From Cyanobacteria bacterium P01_A01_bin.123 (GTDB taxonomy: Bacteria > Cyanobacteriota > Cyanobacteriia > Phormidesmidales > Phormidesmidaceae): a DNA stretch of 64,000 bases. A model generated the notes under the pieces. The model was not told the DNA's origin and ran no database searches. It saw nothing but the letters and a program-made list of their open reading frames with translations. This document shows positions 11,074 through 20,960 of this stretch, one piece after another. A program made the translations under genes and the position numbers. Position 1 is the stretch's first letter, and the number at the start of each line of letters is the position of its first letter. The DNA lies in assembly GCA_039815185.1 (NCBI GenBank), contig JBCBZT010000003.1:186010-250009 (forward strand), in the 5' to 3' direction.

Positions 11074-11955
11074 ATGAAAATCCGCCGTCGCCAACCGAAC
11101 CCGCCGGTCAATGTCAGCGGGCTTGAGTATCAGGTCAATGTGCCTGATGCTGGCCCCCGTAATATCCTAGAAAAAATTGTGTGGCAAAAGGAGAAAGAAG
11201 TTGCCCAACTCCGGGAACGGTTGTCCTTAGCTGATTTGCAAAAACAGGTGTTGGCAGCGCCGCCGCCTCGAAATTTTTTTGAGGCTTTAAGACGAGGGAA
11301 AACTCAACCTGCGCTGATTGCGGAGGTTAAGAAGGCCTCTCCTAGTCGAGGGGTAATTCGAGCCGATTTTGATCCAGTGGCGATCGCTCAGACCTATGCC
11401 AACGCAGGGGCAACTTGTCTGTCAGTGCTCACCGACGAACAATTTTTTCAAGGCAGCTTTGACTATCTGACCCAAGTGCGCCAGACTGTTGATTTGCCGC
11501 TTCTGTGCAAGGAGTTTTTGATTTATCCTTATCAGATGTACCTGGCTCGGGTGCATGGGGCTGATGCAGTGTTATTGATTGCAGCGATCCTGTCCGATGA
11601 AGACCTGCGCTACTTTGTGCGCATTGCCAAGGCCTTAGGTATGGCGGCCCTCGTAGAAGTGCATACCTTGGCGGAACTTGACCGGGTGCTAGCAATTGAG
11701 GCTGTACAAATAATTGGCATCAACAACCGCAACTTAGAAGATTTCACCACCGATTTAGTGACGACTGAAACTCTAATTGCCCAGCGTCAAGCTGAGCTTC
11801 AAGCTCGCGAGGGGGTGATTGTGAGTGAATCTGGGTTGTTGACCTCGGTTGATGTGCAGCGTGTTGCTGCCGCTGGCGCACAGGCAGTGCTGATTGGTGA
11901 ATCCCTAATGCGGCAACCTAACCCGGCAGATGCGATCGCGACCTTGTTTGTCTGA
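11074..11955 (+). CDS. trpC: Indole-3-glycerol phosphate synthase
   Basis: [35 protein letters not shown]. Confidence 0.97.
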   Translation: MKIRRRQPNPPVNVSGLEYQVNVPDAGPRNILEKIVWQKEKEVAQLRERLSLADLQKQVLAAPPPRNFFEALRRGKTQPALIAEVKKASPSRGVIRADFDPVAIAQTYANAGATCLSVLTDEQFFQGSFDYLTQVRQTVDLPLLCKEFLIYPYQMYLARVHGADAVLLIAAILSDEDLRYFVRIAKALGMAALVEVHTLAELDRVLAIEAVQIIGINNRNLEDFTTDLVTTETLIAQRQAELQAREGVIVSESGLLTSVDVQRVAAAGAQAVLIGESLMRQPNPADAIATLFV

Positions 11956-12040
11956 GGTTCCACCCTCTCCCTAACCCTGTAGATTAGACCTTTAGATTTG
12001 ATTGGCCATCACGCTCAACCACCCTTTACACTTAGTACCT

Positions 12041-12301
12041 ATGGATCGCCCCGTTCCACTGCCTTCGCACATCCACTATGAATTATTGTTGCAGCTGTTG
12101 GAGCGCGAAACGATATTCTCTCTTCAGCAAAACTCTTATCAGCAACAACAGGTTCATGAGCTAATTATTACCTTGCGAAAAGCCCTCTCTCAGCAGCGGC
12201 AGTTAGAGGAGAGCTGTCAGAATGCGGCTATCCCTGTAGAGTATTACTGGTCACTAAACAACATGAAGGCTGAGGAAGACACCAATTCTTCAAAGGGCTA
12301 G
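12041..12301 (+). CDS. DUF5340-like small cyanobacterial protein
   Basis: PLPSHIHYELLLQLLER...ELIITLRKALSQQRQLEESC motif recognised. Confidence 0.75.
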   Translation: MDRPVPLPSHIHYELLLQLLERETIFSLQQNSYQQQQVHELIITLRKALSQQRQLEESCQNAAIPVEYYWSLNNMKAEEDTNSSKG

Positions 12302-12487
12302 GGCTGACTCGTGTGGGGTGCTTTAAAGTTCAAATCTAGGGTTGAGCTGATTGCTGACGCTTGATCTTATTTACATTTACTGACGCTTAATCTAAAGCTT
12401 GGAACCCGGGGCTATGGGTTTATACTAGGTTTAAGCCAAAAATATTTGGCTTTGGTCTGACGCGACTTGGCCATATTAAAGGGTGCA

Positions 12488-12560
12488 TAGCCACATTCGA
12501 TTTGAAAGCCTGAGTGTTTTGCTTAGGTCAAGCTACGCATTCGCATGTGGAAAGAGTTTA
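12488..12560 (+). repeat. Degenerate MITE-like repeat copy
   Basis: CCACATTCGATTTGAAAGCCTGAGT...ATGTGG...TTTA. Confidence 0.55.
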
Positions 12561-12625
12561 GTATCTGAACTGCAAAGTTCGGGCCAAATTTAAGGTTGCT
12601 GGTACAGCAGAATTCTATTTGTTAT

Positions 12626-12991
12626 ATGGCAAAAGCTGCAGCTCAAACAAGCTACGACCCCTATATAGCCAAGCTGATTGAGTTCAGCAATAGACGAGCT
12701 AAGGAAGATAGCGCGCGATCGCGCCACTCGACTAATCGCAACTTGGTCAGCGCGCAGACAGCACCCATGATGCCTGCGATCACGCTACGTCCCCTGAATC
12801 GCGCTGGCTCGAAAGTTCATGCAGATCCGATCTCACCTTTGAGGACGCAAGACTGGGTTGCCCTGGACGATTTATTCGCCCATGATCAGATGACGGTTGC
12901 CGAACCAGATATCCTCCAAAATTTAGATAAACTATGCCCCGAACCTTGTTGGGAAGAAGATCCTTACGAGTTTTTGCACGGATATCTCTAA
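12626..12991 (+). CDS. Hypothetical protein
   Basis: 121 aa ORF filling the gap before convergent galE; no recognised motif. Confidence 0.55.
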   Translation: MAKAAAQTSYDPYIAKLIEFSNRRAKEDSARSRHSTNRNLVSAQTAPMMPAITLRPLNRAGSKVHADPISPLRTQDWVALDDLFAHDQMTVAEPDILQNLDKLCPEPCWEEDPYEFLHGYL

Positions 12992-12993
12992 GG

Positions 12994-13998
12994 CTAATGA
13001 CTTGGCTGATGGCGGTGGCAATGCCACTGCCAAGCGTGGGCAATGATAGTTTCTAAGTCTGCATATTGGGGTTGCCAACCCAAGATCTGTCGAGCCTTGT
13101 CGCTGCTGCCCACAAGCATAGGTGGATCGCCAACTCTGCGATCGCAGGGAATCGCCTGAATGGTTTTGCCCGTCACTTGCCGAGCGGTTTCAATCACCTG
13201 TTTGACAGAAAAACCGTTACCGTTACCCAGGTTAAAGAACGCCGTTTGCCCTCCCTGTAATAGATACTGAAGCCCCAATACGTGGGCGTCAGCTAAATCG
13301 GCAACGTGAATATAATCACGCACGCAGGTGCCATCAGGGGTGTTATAATCGGTGCCAAAAATTGAAACCGACTCGCGTTTGCCCAATGCAGCAAACAACA
13401 CGAGCGGAATCAAATGGGTTTCTGGCGTGTGATCTTCCCCTAGCCGCCCTTGGGGATCTGCCCCAGCAGCATTGAAATAACGGAAATAGACTGATTGCAA
13501 CCCATAGGCACTGCTAAAATCATTCAGCATTTTTTCCACCATGAGTTTGCTCGTGGCGTAAGGGCTGATGGGATTTTGCGGATGATCTTCAGGAATCGGT
13601 ACTGTTTTAGGCGGGCCGTAAATGGCACAGGTTGAAGAGAAGACAAAGCGTTTAACGCCAGCGGCAAGCATGGCCTCGAGTAGCGTTAACGTTCCAACTA
13701 CATTGTTGGCATAATACTTGGCTGGCGCTTGCACAGACTCGCCCACCGCAATGTAAGCGGCAAAATGCATCACCGCAGCGACGTCATAGTCTGCAAAGAT
13801 TTGATCGAGCAAGGGACGATCGGTTGTGTGTCCTTTGATTAACTTCGCTTTGAGCGATCGCTCGACTAAGTCCTGGTGGCCATATTCAAGGCTGTCTAAA
13901 ATCACAACCTGATACCCGGCATTCTCGAGCGCTAAGACCGTATGGGAACCAATGTAACCTGCGCCCCCGGTGACTAGGATAGTGGGTTGTTGTGACAC
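12994..13998 (-). CDS. galE: UDP-glucose 4-epimerase
   Basis: VTGGAGYIGSH, HFAA, FSSTCA, YxxxK (PYATSK), RYFNAAGA, DGTCVRDYIHV. Confidence 0.96.
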   Translation of the reverse strand: MSQQPTILVTGGAGYIGSHTVLALENAGYQVVILDSLEYGHQDLVERSLKAKLIKGHTTDRPLLDQIFADYDVAAVMHFAAYIAVGESVQAPAKYYANNVVGTLTLLEAMLAAGVKRFVFSSTCAIYGPPKTVPIPEDHPQNPISPYATSKLMVEKMLNDFSSAYGLQSVYFRYFNAAGADPQGRLGEDHTPETHLIPLVLFAALGKRESVSIFGTDYNTPDGTCVRDYIHVADLADAHVLGLQYLLQGGQTAFFNLGNGNGFSVKQVIETARQVTGKTIQAIPCDRRVGDPPMLVGSSDKARQILGWQPQYADLETIIAHAWQWHCHRHQPSH

Positions 13999-14307
13999 TT
14001 GACTCTCTTTAGATTAGTAAGATGAATAACTGCTCAAGACCATGGCAATACTGCGTAGTCTTACACCCTCGGATTTATACGCCTACTCTGTCACAAGAAC
14101 ACGCGGTTTAACCATAAACATCTTGTAAACCTGGCAAATTTCAACACAGCCGATTTGAACTCTCGAATTTTAATTTAAGCAAAACTGTGCTGCTGAATGG
14201 GGGCAAAGGTTTCCTTGAACGAGCTGAAATCATATTCCCCCGAGCCAGGAGTACCACTATGACCGCCAATCATTTAGTATTGATGCTTGATATCTCACGA
14301 TTAGGTA

Positions 14308-14398
14308 TAAACCACATCCGATTTGAAAACTTGAGTAGGGGCACAAAGCCATAGGTCTTTACAAGAGAAATAATGGATCTAGATGTGGCCCAGGTTTA
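14308..14398 (+). repeat. MITE-like repeat copy with internal insertion
   Basis: TAAACCACATCCGATTTGAAAACTTGAGT + AGGGGCACAAAGCC... + ATGGATCTAGATGTGG..TTTA. Confidence 0.75.
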
Positions 14399-14426
14399 AA
14401 CCGCACATTTTTCTTAAAATATAGAC

Positions 14427-15059
14427 ATGGAATGGCACGTGACTGATGCCCAAAGTTTAAGAATCATCGATCGCGAAATGGGGGAACATAGCTTTTCCCC
14501 TTCTGAATATGAGATTATTCGCCGGGTAGTCTACACGACTGCTGATTTTGAATACCCGTCCCTGATTCGATTTTCAGAGCAGGCGCTACAATCGGGTGCG
14601 GCAGCATTGGCTGCGCGGACGACCCTGATTGTAGATGTACCGATGGTGCAGGTGGGCATCACCCCCAGCATTCAAGATACCTTTGCTAACCCCGTGTACT
14701 GCAGCATGGATGCCCTGACTCGGCCTCAAAAGGGTAAAACTCGCGCCTCTTGGGGCATAGAAACCTTGGCTAAACGATACCCCGAGGGCATTTTTGTAAT
14801 TGGTGAATCGCAGACTGCCCTGGAGTCTTTAGTAGAACTGATTGAATCAGAAGAAGTTAGACCTGCTTTGGTCGTGGGCACACCTGCAGGCTTTCGGGAT
14901 GTGGATGTGCTAAAAGATCGCCTCCAAGATTGCTTAATTCCCCACATTCGGATCCAAGGGCGCAAGGGGAGTGCGGTTGTCGCTGCTGCCATCATCAATG
15001 GTTTGGTTGACTTGGCGTGGCAGGCCTATGGTCGTGACATGAAACGGAAATTGGGATAA
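14427..15059 (+). CDS. cobH: Precorrin-8X methylmutase
   Basis: SLRIIDRE, RRVVYTTADF, DVPMVQVGI, LVVGTPAGF, GRKGSAVVAAAIING. Confidence 0.85.
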   Translation: MEWHVTDAQSLRIIDREMGEHSFSPSEYEIIRRVVYTTADFEYPSLIRFSEQALQSGAAALAARTTLIVDVPMVQVGITPSIQDTFANPVYCSMDALTRPQKGKTRASWGIETLAKRYPEGIFVIGESQTALESLVELIESEEVRPALVVGTPAGFRDVDVLKDRLQDCLIPHIRIQGRKGSAVVAAAIINGLVDLAWQAYGRDMKRKLG

Positions 15060-15119
15060 GGCAGATTTCCCGAAGCGAGTCCGGGTAGGCTAATAGGAAA
15101 GCGGTCAGGGAGTTAAGTC

Positions 15120-15398
15120 ATGAACGCAACCGAGGGTGTCTTTTCTAGAGCTAATTATTTACTCCGCAAAAAGACTTATGTGCAGTGGCACCAACTGCAA
15201 CGGAATACTCAAATTCTGCGATCGCAGGTTGGCTTTACCGACACCTCTGCCACTCGTCCCAAAGCCTGTGCAGGCTGCGCCAACTACCATGGCATCAGCT
15301 ACGGTACCCATCGCGGCACCCGCATACTGCTAGTCTGTGCAATGCATCCCTACGGCTGGCACTCAGACAAGCCCTGCCCCGACTGGTGTAACAGCTAG
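15120..15398 (+). CDS. Small Cys/His-rich hypothetical protein
   Basis: GGAG RBS; CxxCxxYHG...CAMHP...CPDW pattern. Confidence 0.65.
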   Translation: MNATEGVFSRANYLLRKKTYVQWHQLQRNTQILRSQVGFTDTSATRPKACAGCANYHGISYGTHRGTRILLVCAMHPYGWHSDKPCPDWCNS

Positions 15399-15460
15399 CC
15401 CCTCTCTCGATGGCGTGGATCAAGGTTTGTGACCCACAGATAAGCTTAGTCAGGATAAAC

Positions 15461-18130
15461 TTAGTCAACAGCGGTGACGAAACGCACTAAACCGAGTTCG
15501 TCGACACCCACTGTCCCCACATCGACAAAGGCCGCCCCTAAAGTGCCAGCATTCCCACTAGGGCAAGCGCCATTGGCGGTTAGTGCCGCTAGAAATGCAC
15601 CTTCATCACCATCCGATGCATTGGTCTGGTTAACAGCTGCACCTAAAGCCGCCGCAGGGCTGGCATAAGCAACCCCTTGTCCAGCGGCAAACCCATCGGT
15701 CACAAACGAGGAATTGGCAGGCACCGGGTCACAAATGGAAACATCAGTAAACGCAGCGGCGGTACGATTAATGAAGTAGATTGTGTACTCGACCTGGTCT
15801 CCACTGGTGAGTTCATTCAGGGGTGCGGTAGGTGTTGTCACCCCCACAAAGGCATTATCCGGTGGGCTACCTGTAGGGGCAGCAAAGTTTGTTGTTACCC
15901 CACCGCGTACAATCCGCGTGATTCGCTTGATCAGCTCTAGACCAAAGGTGATGGGGGTAGGGGTGTCGTTGTTGGGGCTGGTTGGGTCTTCGTTGGCATT
16001 GTCAACCACATTGCCACCATCGTTAGAGTTATCGGTTAATGGAATGCCTGTATTGCCAATTTCACCTCCCCCCACTGCAATATTTTCATAGTTCAGTAAG
16101 TTGCCTGGGGTAACCCGAATGGTGAATTGAACTGTGATAAATGAACGAGTAACACTCCCGGTTGTTAAAATTGCTGGGCCTAGGGTTGCAGCACCCAGTA
16201 AATTAGTATCTCCGGTACCATCAAAGCCAGCATTCGCGACGGCGGTCGTTTGTGTCAATCCCGATGCAGCAGTAGGGCCACTTGTAGCCGTCACTGTTGG
16301 GGCAACTTGAACATTAAAGGCCGTTGCTCCAGCAAAGGTTGTGGCTACATTATCGGTCAGCGTCACATTGGTGAGGGCAATCGTGCTGAGATTTTCAATG
16401 GTGACTTCAAAGAGAACATCAAATTGAGTGGCCCCCACTGGTGTGATTGAAATAACTTGTTTGGCGACCCCCAGCCCAGCGGTAGTCGTTATAAGGCCGC
16501 TGAGCTCCGAGGTTGACAGCGTCGCTGGGTTTGTTGCGGTTGATGTGACAACATCCCCCAAAGTTAAGGCTCCTGGTCTCGTATTGGTGAAGGTAAAGCG
16601 ATTGGTTGTGTCTTCGCCTTGAGCAGATTGATAGGCGGGCGGAATCCCGGGGCCGTAGCTACCTGTACCTGCTGTGACATCGTTGCCGCCGCCTTCAGTT
16701 TCTGTTAGCAAGAAAGTTTCTGCTTCACCGAAGTTGTTGGGATCAGGTGTCGTAACGGTAAACAGCTCAATAATTGCGCCAGGGCGGGCAAAGCCCGTGA
16801 GAATGAGTTGGCTATTGTCATTTGTGATGATAGCTGCCTCATAGACGGGGAAATTAAAGCGTTCGTTAGGGTCACCGTCAGCATCACCATTGTCGTTTAG
16901 GGTGATGCCGTCGCCGGTATTGCCACCATTCAAATCGATAGCCAACCTACCCGCTGCATTGACCGTGGCCCCTGTCGCTGCGTTACGGCCATTTTCAAAA
17001 ATGCTGTTTTGGGTAATGCGATTACCAGTGCCCTGGCTCACAACGATGCCGTCGTTGACGTTTGCCGTAATCGTGTTGTTAGAAATCAAATTATTATTGC
17101 CGTTGCGGATACCAATACCCGCGTCTTGATCCGCTCCTGGCCCCAAGCCATTGGCTCGAATTGTGTTACCAGAAATCGTATTGTTATCGTTGGCAAAAGT
17201 ACGGAGGTCAATGCCGTAAGCCGCATTGCACTCAATCAGGTTATTGGTAATCGTGATATTGTTAGCCGCTACTAACTCAATGCCATCTGCTAGTTGATCG
17301 GCAGCGCCCCCCCTATTGGTGCCGTTTGCACCACACATAAAGCTTGCCATTGTATTAGTCGGCACACCACCCGCGTTGACGCGAACTATATTGTTGTCAA
17401 TCGTGACGCCAGACGCCCCAAAACGGACACTAATACCGCCGTTATCATTGTTTTGAACGATACTGTTGCGAACGACAGAGCCTGCAACGCTTTGGTTGCC
17501 GAAATTAGCCTGAGCAGGTGTAGGACTGTTGTCAGTGGTGCCATTGAAGAAAATCCCAGAACCGTTTCTATCAGCGCCGATACTGTCTTGAACAATTAAG
17601 GTATCGAGGGTTGTATTTGGTGCTTCTACCCGGATAATGGCACCACTGCCAACCCCGCCGCCTTGCCCCACGCTTTCAATCGTCAAATTTTGAATGGTGG
17701 AACCAGCCGCTGTTGCTGCGATCAGAAAACCAGGGCCACCATTGCCTTGATAGTCGATGATGGTGGTCGTCTGGCTGCCACCGACAATCGTCATCGGCGT
17801 GCTGATGGTGGGGAGTGGGGTTCCCCCCACGTTAATCGTGGTTGCGGCAGGGATATTGATTGTATCTAGGCCAGCATCACCGGCGATACATTCATTGACT
17901 GCTGTATCGGTGTTGGCTGCTTGCATTGCTTCTCGTAGCGTACATTGACCATCAGCAGCAACGGTATCTCCAGCCCCTGTCACAGTAATCGTTGCTGCTA
18001 GAGAAGGCGTGGCACAACCCAAAATGCTTACTAGCGCAGTGCTGAAAAGCAACCCAGTTTTTATGGCTAGGGGTGACCAACAGGATTGAAACGTTGAGGT
18101 CATATCATTGAGTGATCGCAGAGGTTTCAC
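15461..18130 (-). CDS. Secreted CSLREA / right-handed beta-helix surface protein with DUF11 domains (paralog 2)
   Basis: Signal peptide (..TPSLA|AT), DGQCTLREAMQAAN (CSLREA-type), Asn/Gly beta-helix repeats, AIDL..DG.TLND..D.D..PN..FNFP motif, two DUF11-like domains; GTG start inferred by alignment with the paralog. Confidence 0.85.
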   Translation of the reverse strand: MKPLRSLNDMTSTFQSCWSPLAIKTGLLFSTALVSILGCATPSLAATITVTGAGDTVAADGQCTLREAMQAANTDTAVNECIAGDAGLDTINIPAATTINVGGTPLPTISTPMTIVGGSQTTTIIDYQGNGGPGFLIAATAAGSTIQNLTIESVGQGGGVGSGAIIRVEAPNTTLDTLIVQDSIGADRNGSGIFFNGTTDNSPTPAQANFGNQSVAGSVVRNSIVQNNDNGGISVRFGASGVTIDNNIVRVNAGGVPTNTMASFMCGANGTNRGGAADQLADGIELVAANNITITNNLIECNAAYGIDLRTFANDNNTISGNTIRANGLGPGADQDAGIGIRNGNNNLISNNTITANVNDGIVVSQGTGNRITQNSIFENGRNAATGATVNAAGRLAIDLNGGNTGDGITLNDNGDADGDPNERFNFPVYEAAIITNDNSQLILTGFARPGAIIELFTVTTPDPNNFGEAETFLLTETEGGGNDVTAGTGSYGPGIPPAYQSAQGEDTTNRFTFTNTRPGALTLGDVVTSTATNPATLSTSELSGLITTTAGLGVAKQVISITPVGATQFDVLFEVTIENLSTIALTNVTLTDNVATTFAGATAFNVQVAPTVTATSGPTAASGLTQTTAVANAGFDGTGDTNLLGAATLGPAILTTGSVTRSFITVQFTIRVTPGNLLNYENIAVGGGEIGNTGIPLTDNSNDGGNVVDNANEDPTSPNNDTPTPITFGLELIKRITRIVRGGVTTNFAAPTGSPPDNAFVGVTTPTAPLNELTSGDQVEYTIYFINRTAAAFTDVSICDPVPANSSFVTDGFAAGQGVAYASPAAALGAAVNQTNASDGDEGAFLAALTANGACPSGNAGTLGAAFVDVGTVGVDELGLVRFVTAVD

Positions 18131-18275
18131 ATCACACCGAAACAAGGTACAGGTTACTCCAGTTAGAAAACGGTTACTTAACTGCAAGCATGATACCAAG
18201 GTTACGGACTGCTCCAGAGATGATTCTCCTACGGCGATCGCAGGCCAAATCTATTGCAGACCGAACATGATCAGC

Positions 18276-20936
18276 TTAATCAACCGTGGTAACAAACCGC
18301 ACAAAACCCCGTTCATCGACGTCTACCGTACCGACATCGACGAATGCAGCCCCTAAAGCCCCGGCATTGCTGTTAGGACAAGCCCCATTAGCCACTAGGG
18401 CCGCCAGAAACTCACCAGCATCAGCATCAGCGGCATTGCTTTGATTGATGCCTGCCCCCAAAGCTGCCGCCGGAACCGCATAGGAAATGCCCTCACCTTC
18501 GGCAAACCCATTCGGCGCAAAGGAGCTATTCTCAGGCACTGGATCACAAATGGAAACATCAGTAATAGCAGCGCCTGTGCGGTTGATGAAATAGATTGTG
18601 TACTCTACCTGATTACCACTGACGAGCGAGTCTAAGGGGGCAGGCGGCGTTTCTACCCCAACAAAACTATCGTCAGGGGGATTGCCCGTCACCGTGGTGA
18701 AGTTTGTCTCTATGCCATCTTGAACCACCCGTGTAATCCGTTTGATCAACTCTAGTCCAAAGGTAATGGGGGTAGGGGTGTTGTTATTAGGACTGGTTGG
18801 ATCTTCATTCGGATTATCAACGACAGTGCCGCCATCATTAGATTCATCTCTCAACGGAACGTCGGTATCGCCGATATTACCTGTCCCTACGGCAATATTT
18901 TCGTAATTCAGTAAAGTTCCTGGCGTGACTCGAACGACATATTCAACTTCGATAAACGAGGGCGTATCCGATCTTAAAATCCGGGGCCCCAGAGTTGCCC
19001 CAGCTGCGAGCAGATTGACATCACCACCGGGGTTTACGCCGTCAAAGTTTGTATTTTCTGCCGCGGCTGTACCATCTCCGTTTGTGTCTGTGATATCAAT
19101 GGCTGAGGCTGGTGGTGTGGTTAACACTTGGAAGCTGTCCGCACCAGCGAAGGTTGTGGATAGGTCATCCGTGATTTGAACATTGGTTAGGGTAACTGAG
19201 CTCAAGTTCTCAACTCTGAGCCTAAACCTTACATCAAACACACCTGCCGACACTGGGGTCACAGACACAACTTGTTTTGCGACGCCAATCCCAGCGGTGG
19301 TAGTAATCAGACCGCTGAGCTCAGAGGTTGAGAGTGTGACAGGGTTAGTGGCCGTTGACGTCACCACATCACCGATGGCCAAGGCGCCTGGTCTGGTGTT
19401 GGTAGAGGTAAAGCGATTCGTCGTATCTTGTCCTTGAGCGGTTTGGTATCCAGGCGGAATGTCTGGACCATAACTCCCTGTCCCCGGTGTGACATCGTTT
19501 GCACCGCCTTCAGTTTCTGTCAACAAGAAGGTTTGCGCTTCCCCAAAATTGTTGGGGTCAGGGTTAGCAACCGTAAATAGCTCAATAATGGCGCCTGGGC
19601 GGGTAAAGCCAGTAAGAATGAGTTGGCTATTGTCATCGGTGATAATGGCCGCTTCAAAAACCGGGAAGTTGAAGCGTTCGTTGGGGCCACCATCGGCATC
19701 ACCATTGTCATTCAACGTGACGCCATCCCCAGTATCGCCAACGCCTAAATCGATGGCTAACCTATCAGCTGCATTGACAATGCCCCCTGTGGTTGGGTTA
19801 CGACCATTCTCAAAAATGCTGTTTTGGGTAATGCGATTCCCGATACCTTGGCTGACTACGATACCGTCGTTGACGTTTGCAGTAATGGTGTTGGTCGAGA
19901 TCGTATTATCATTACCGTTTCGCACACCAATACCCGCGTCTTGGTCCGTTGACACCCCGAGACCATTGGCTCGAATTGTGTTGTTGGAAATCGTATTATT
20001 ATCGTTGGCAAAAGTCCGAAGATCGATGCCGTAGCTGGCGTTACACTCAATTGTGTTGTTTGTAACTGTGATGTTGTTGGCCCCGACTAGCTCAATACCA
20101 TCCGCCCGTGGATCGGCGCTGCCCCCCCGATTGGTCCCGTTTACGGCACATCCAAAGGTCCCTATTGTGTTGGTCGGTACGGTGCCTCCGTTGACGCGAA
20201 CCAGGTTGTTGTCAATGGTGACCCCAGACGCACCGAAGCGGACAGTAATCCCCCCGTTGTCGTTGTTTTGAACAATGCTGTTGCGAATGACAGACCCTGA
20301 AACATCTCTGCTTCCAAATGTTGCTGCAGGGGGCGTGGGATCGGTGCTAGTCGTGCCATTGAAAAAGACTCCGGAGCCATTTCTATCGGGGCCAAAGCTG
20401 TCCTGAACAATTAAGGTGTCCAGAGTTGTGTTTGGTGCTTCTACCCGAATAATGGCACCCGAACCGGCAACAGCGTCTGGGCCAACGCTTTGAATCGTTA
20501 GATTTTGAACGGTGGAGTTTGCTGCTGTGATTAGTAAGCCAGGCCCCCCATTGCCGTTGTAGTCGATGATGGTGGTGTCGCGACTGCCCCCATTAATGGT
20601 CATCTGCGTACTGATGGTGGGTAGGGGTGTGCCGCCTACATTAATCGTGGTTGCGGCGGGGATATTGATGGTGTCAAATCCGTCACCAGCCGTACACTCA
20701 TTCACGGCTGCATCAGTATTGGCTGCCTGAATGGCTTCTCGCAGCGTGCAAATACCATCAGCGGCAACGGTGTCTCCAGCCCCTGTCACATTAATGGTTG
20801 CCGCGAAGGCAGGTGCAGCGTGTCCCAAAACGCCCAATAGCGCAGTGCCAAAAACTAAACCAGTTCGGTTAGCTAAGGGTAACGAGCAGGATTGAACCGT
20901 TGAGACGATATCGTTGAGCGATTTCAGGGATTTCAT
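18276..20936 (-). CDS. Secreted CSLREA / right-handed beta-helix surface protein with DUF11 domains (paralog 1)
   Basis: Signal peptide (..APAFA|AT), DGICTLREAIQAAN; collinear and highly similar to 15461-18130 over its whole length. Confidence 0.85.
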   Translation of the reverse strand: MKSLKSLNDIVSTVQSCSLPLANRTGLVFGTALLGVLGHAAPAFAATINVTGAGDTVAADGICTLREAIQAANTDAAVNECTAGDGFDTINIPAATTINVGGTPLPTISTQMTINGGSRDTTIIDYNGNGGPGLLITAANSTVQNLTIQSVGPDAVAGSGAIIRVEAPNTTLDTLIVQDSFGPDRNGSGVFFNGTTSTDPTPPAATFGSRDVSGSVIRNSIVQNNDNGGITVRFGASGVTIDNNLVRVNGGTVPTNTIGTFGCAVNGTNRGGSADPRADGIELVGANNITVTNNTIECNASYGIDLRTFANDNNTISNNTIRANGLGVSTDQDAGIGVRNGNDNTISTNTITANVNDGIVVSQGIGNRITQNSIFENGRNPTTGGIVNAADRLAIDLGVGDTGDGVTLNDNGDADGGPNERFNFPVFEAAIITDDNSQLILTGFTRPGAIIELFTVANPDPNNFGEAQTFLLTETEGGANDVTPGTGSYGPDIPPGYQTAQGQDTTNRFTSTNTRPGALAIGDVVTSTATNPVTLSTSELSGLITTTAGIGVAKQVVSVTPVSAGVFDVRFRLRVENLSSVTLTNVQITDDLSTTFAGADSFQVLTTPPASAIDITDTNGDGTAAAENTNFDGVNPGGDVNLLAAGATLGPRILRSDTPSFIEVEYVVRVTPGTLLNYENIAVGTGNIGDTDVPLRDESNDGGTVVDNPNEDPTSPNNNTPTPITFGLELIKRITRVVQDGIETNFTTVTGNPPDDSFVGVETPPAPLDSLVSGNQVEYTIYFINRTGAAITDVSICDPVPENSSFAPNGFAEGEGISYAVPAAALGAGINQSNAADADAGEFLAALVANGACPNSNAGALGAAFVDVGTVDVDERGFVRFVTTVD

Positions 20937-20960
20937 AGCACGCTGAGACACAAGACAGAG

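Noticed and set aside
14180..14260. Possible cobalamin riboswitch upstream of cobH (AACTGTG...GAGCCAGGAGTACC resembles the B12 box)
   Set aside because: The 5' core (GGGAA..GGTG.AA.TCC...CCC.C) is not present; AGGAG may just be an RBS for a short ORF at 14259. An Rfam scan would settle it.
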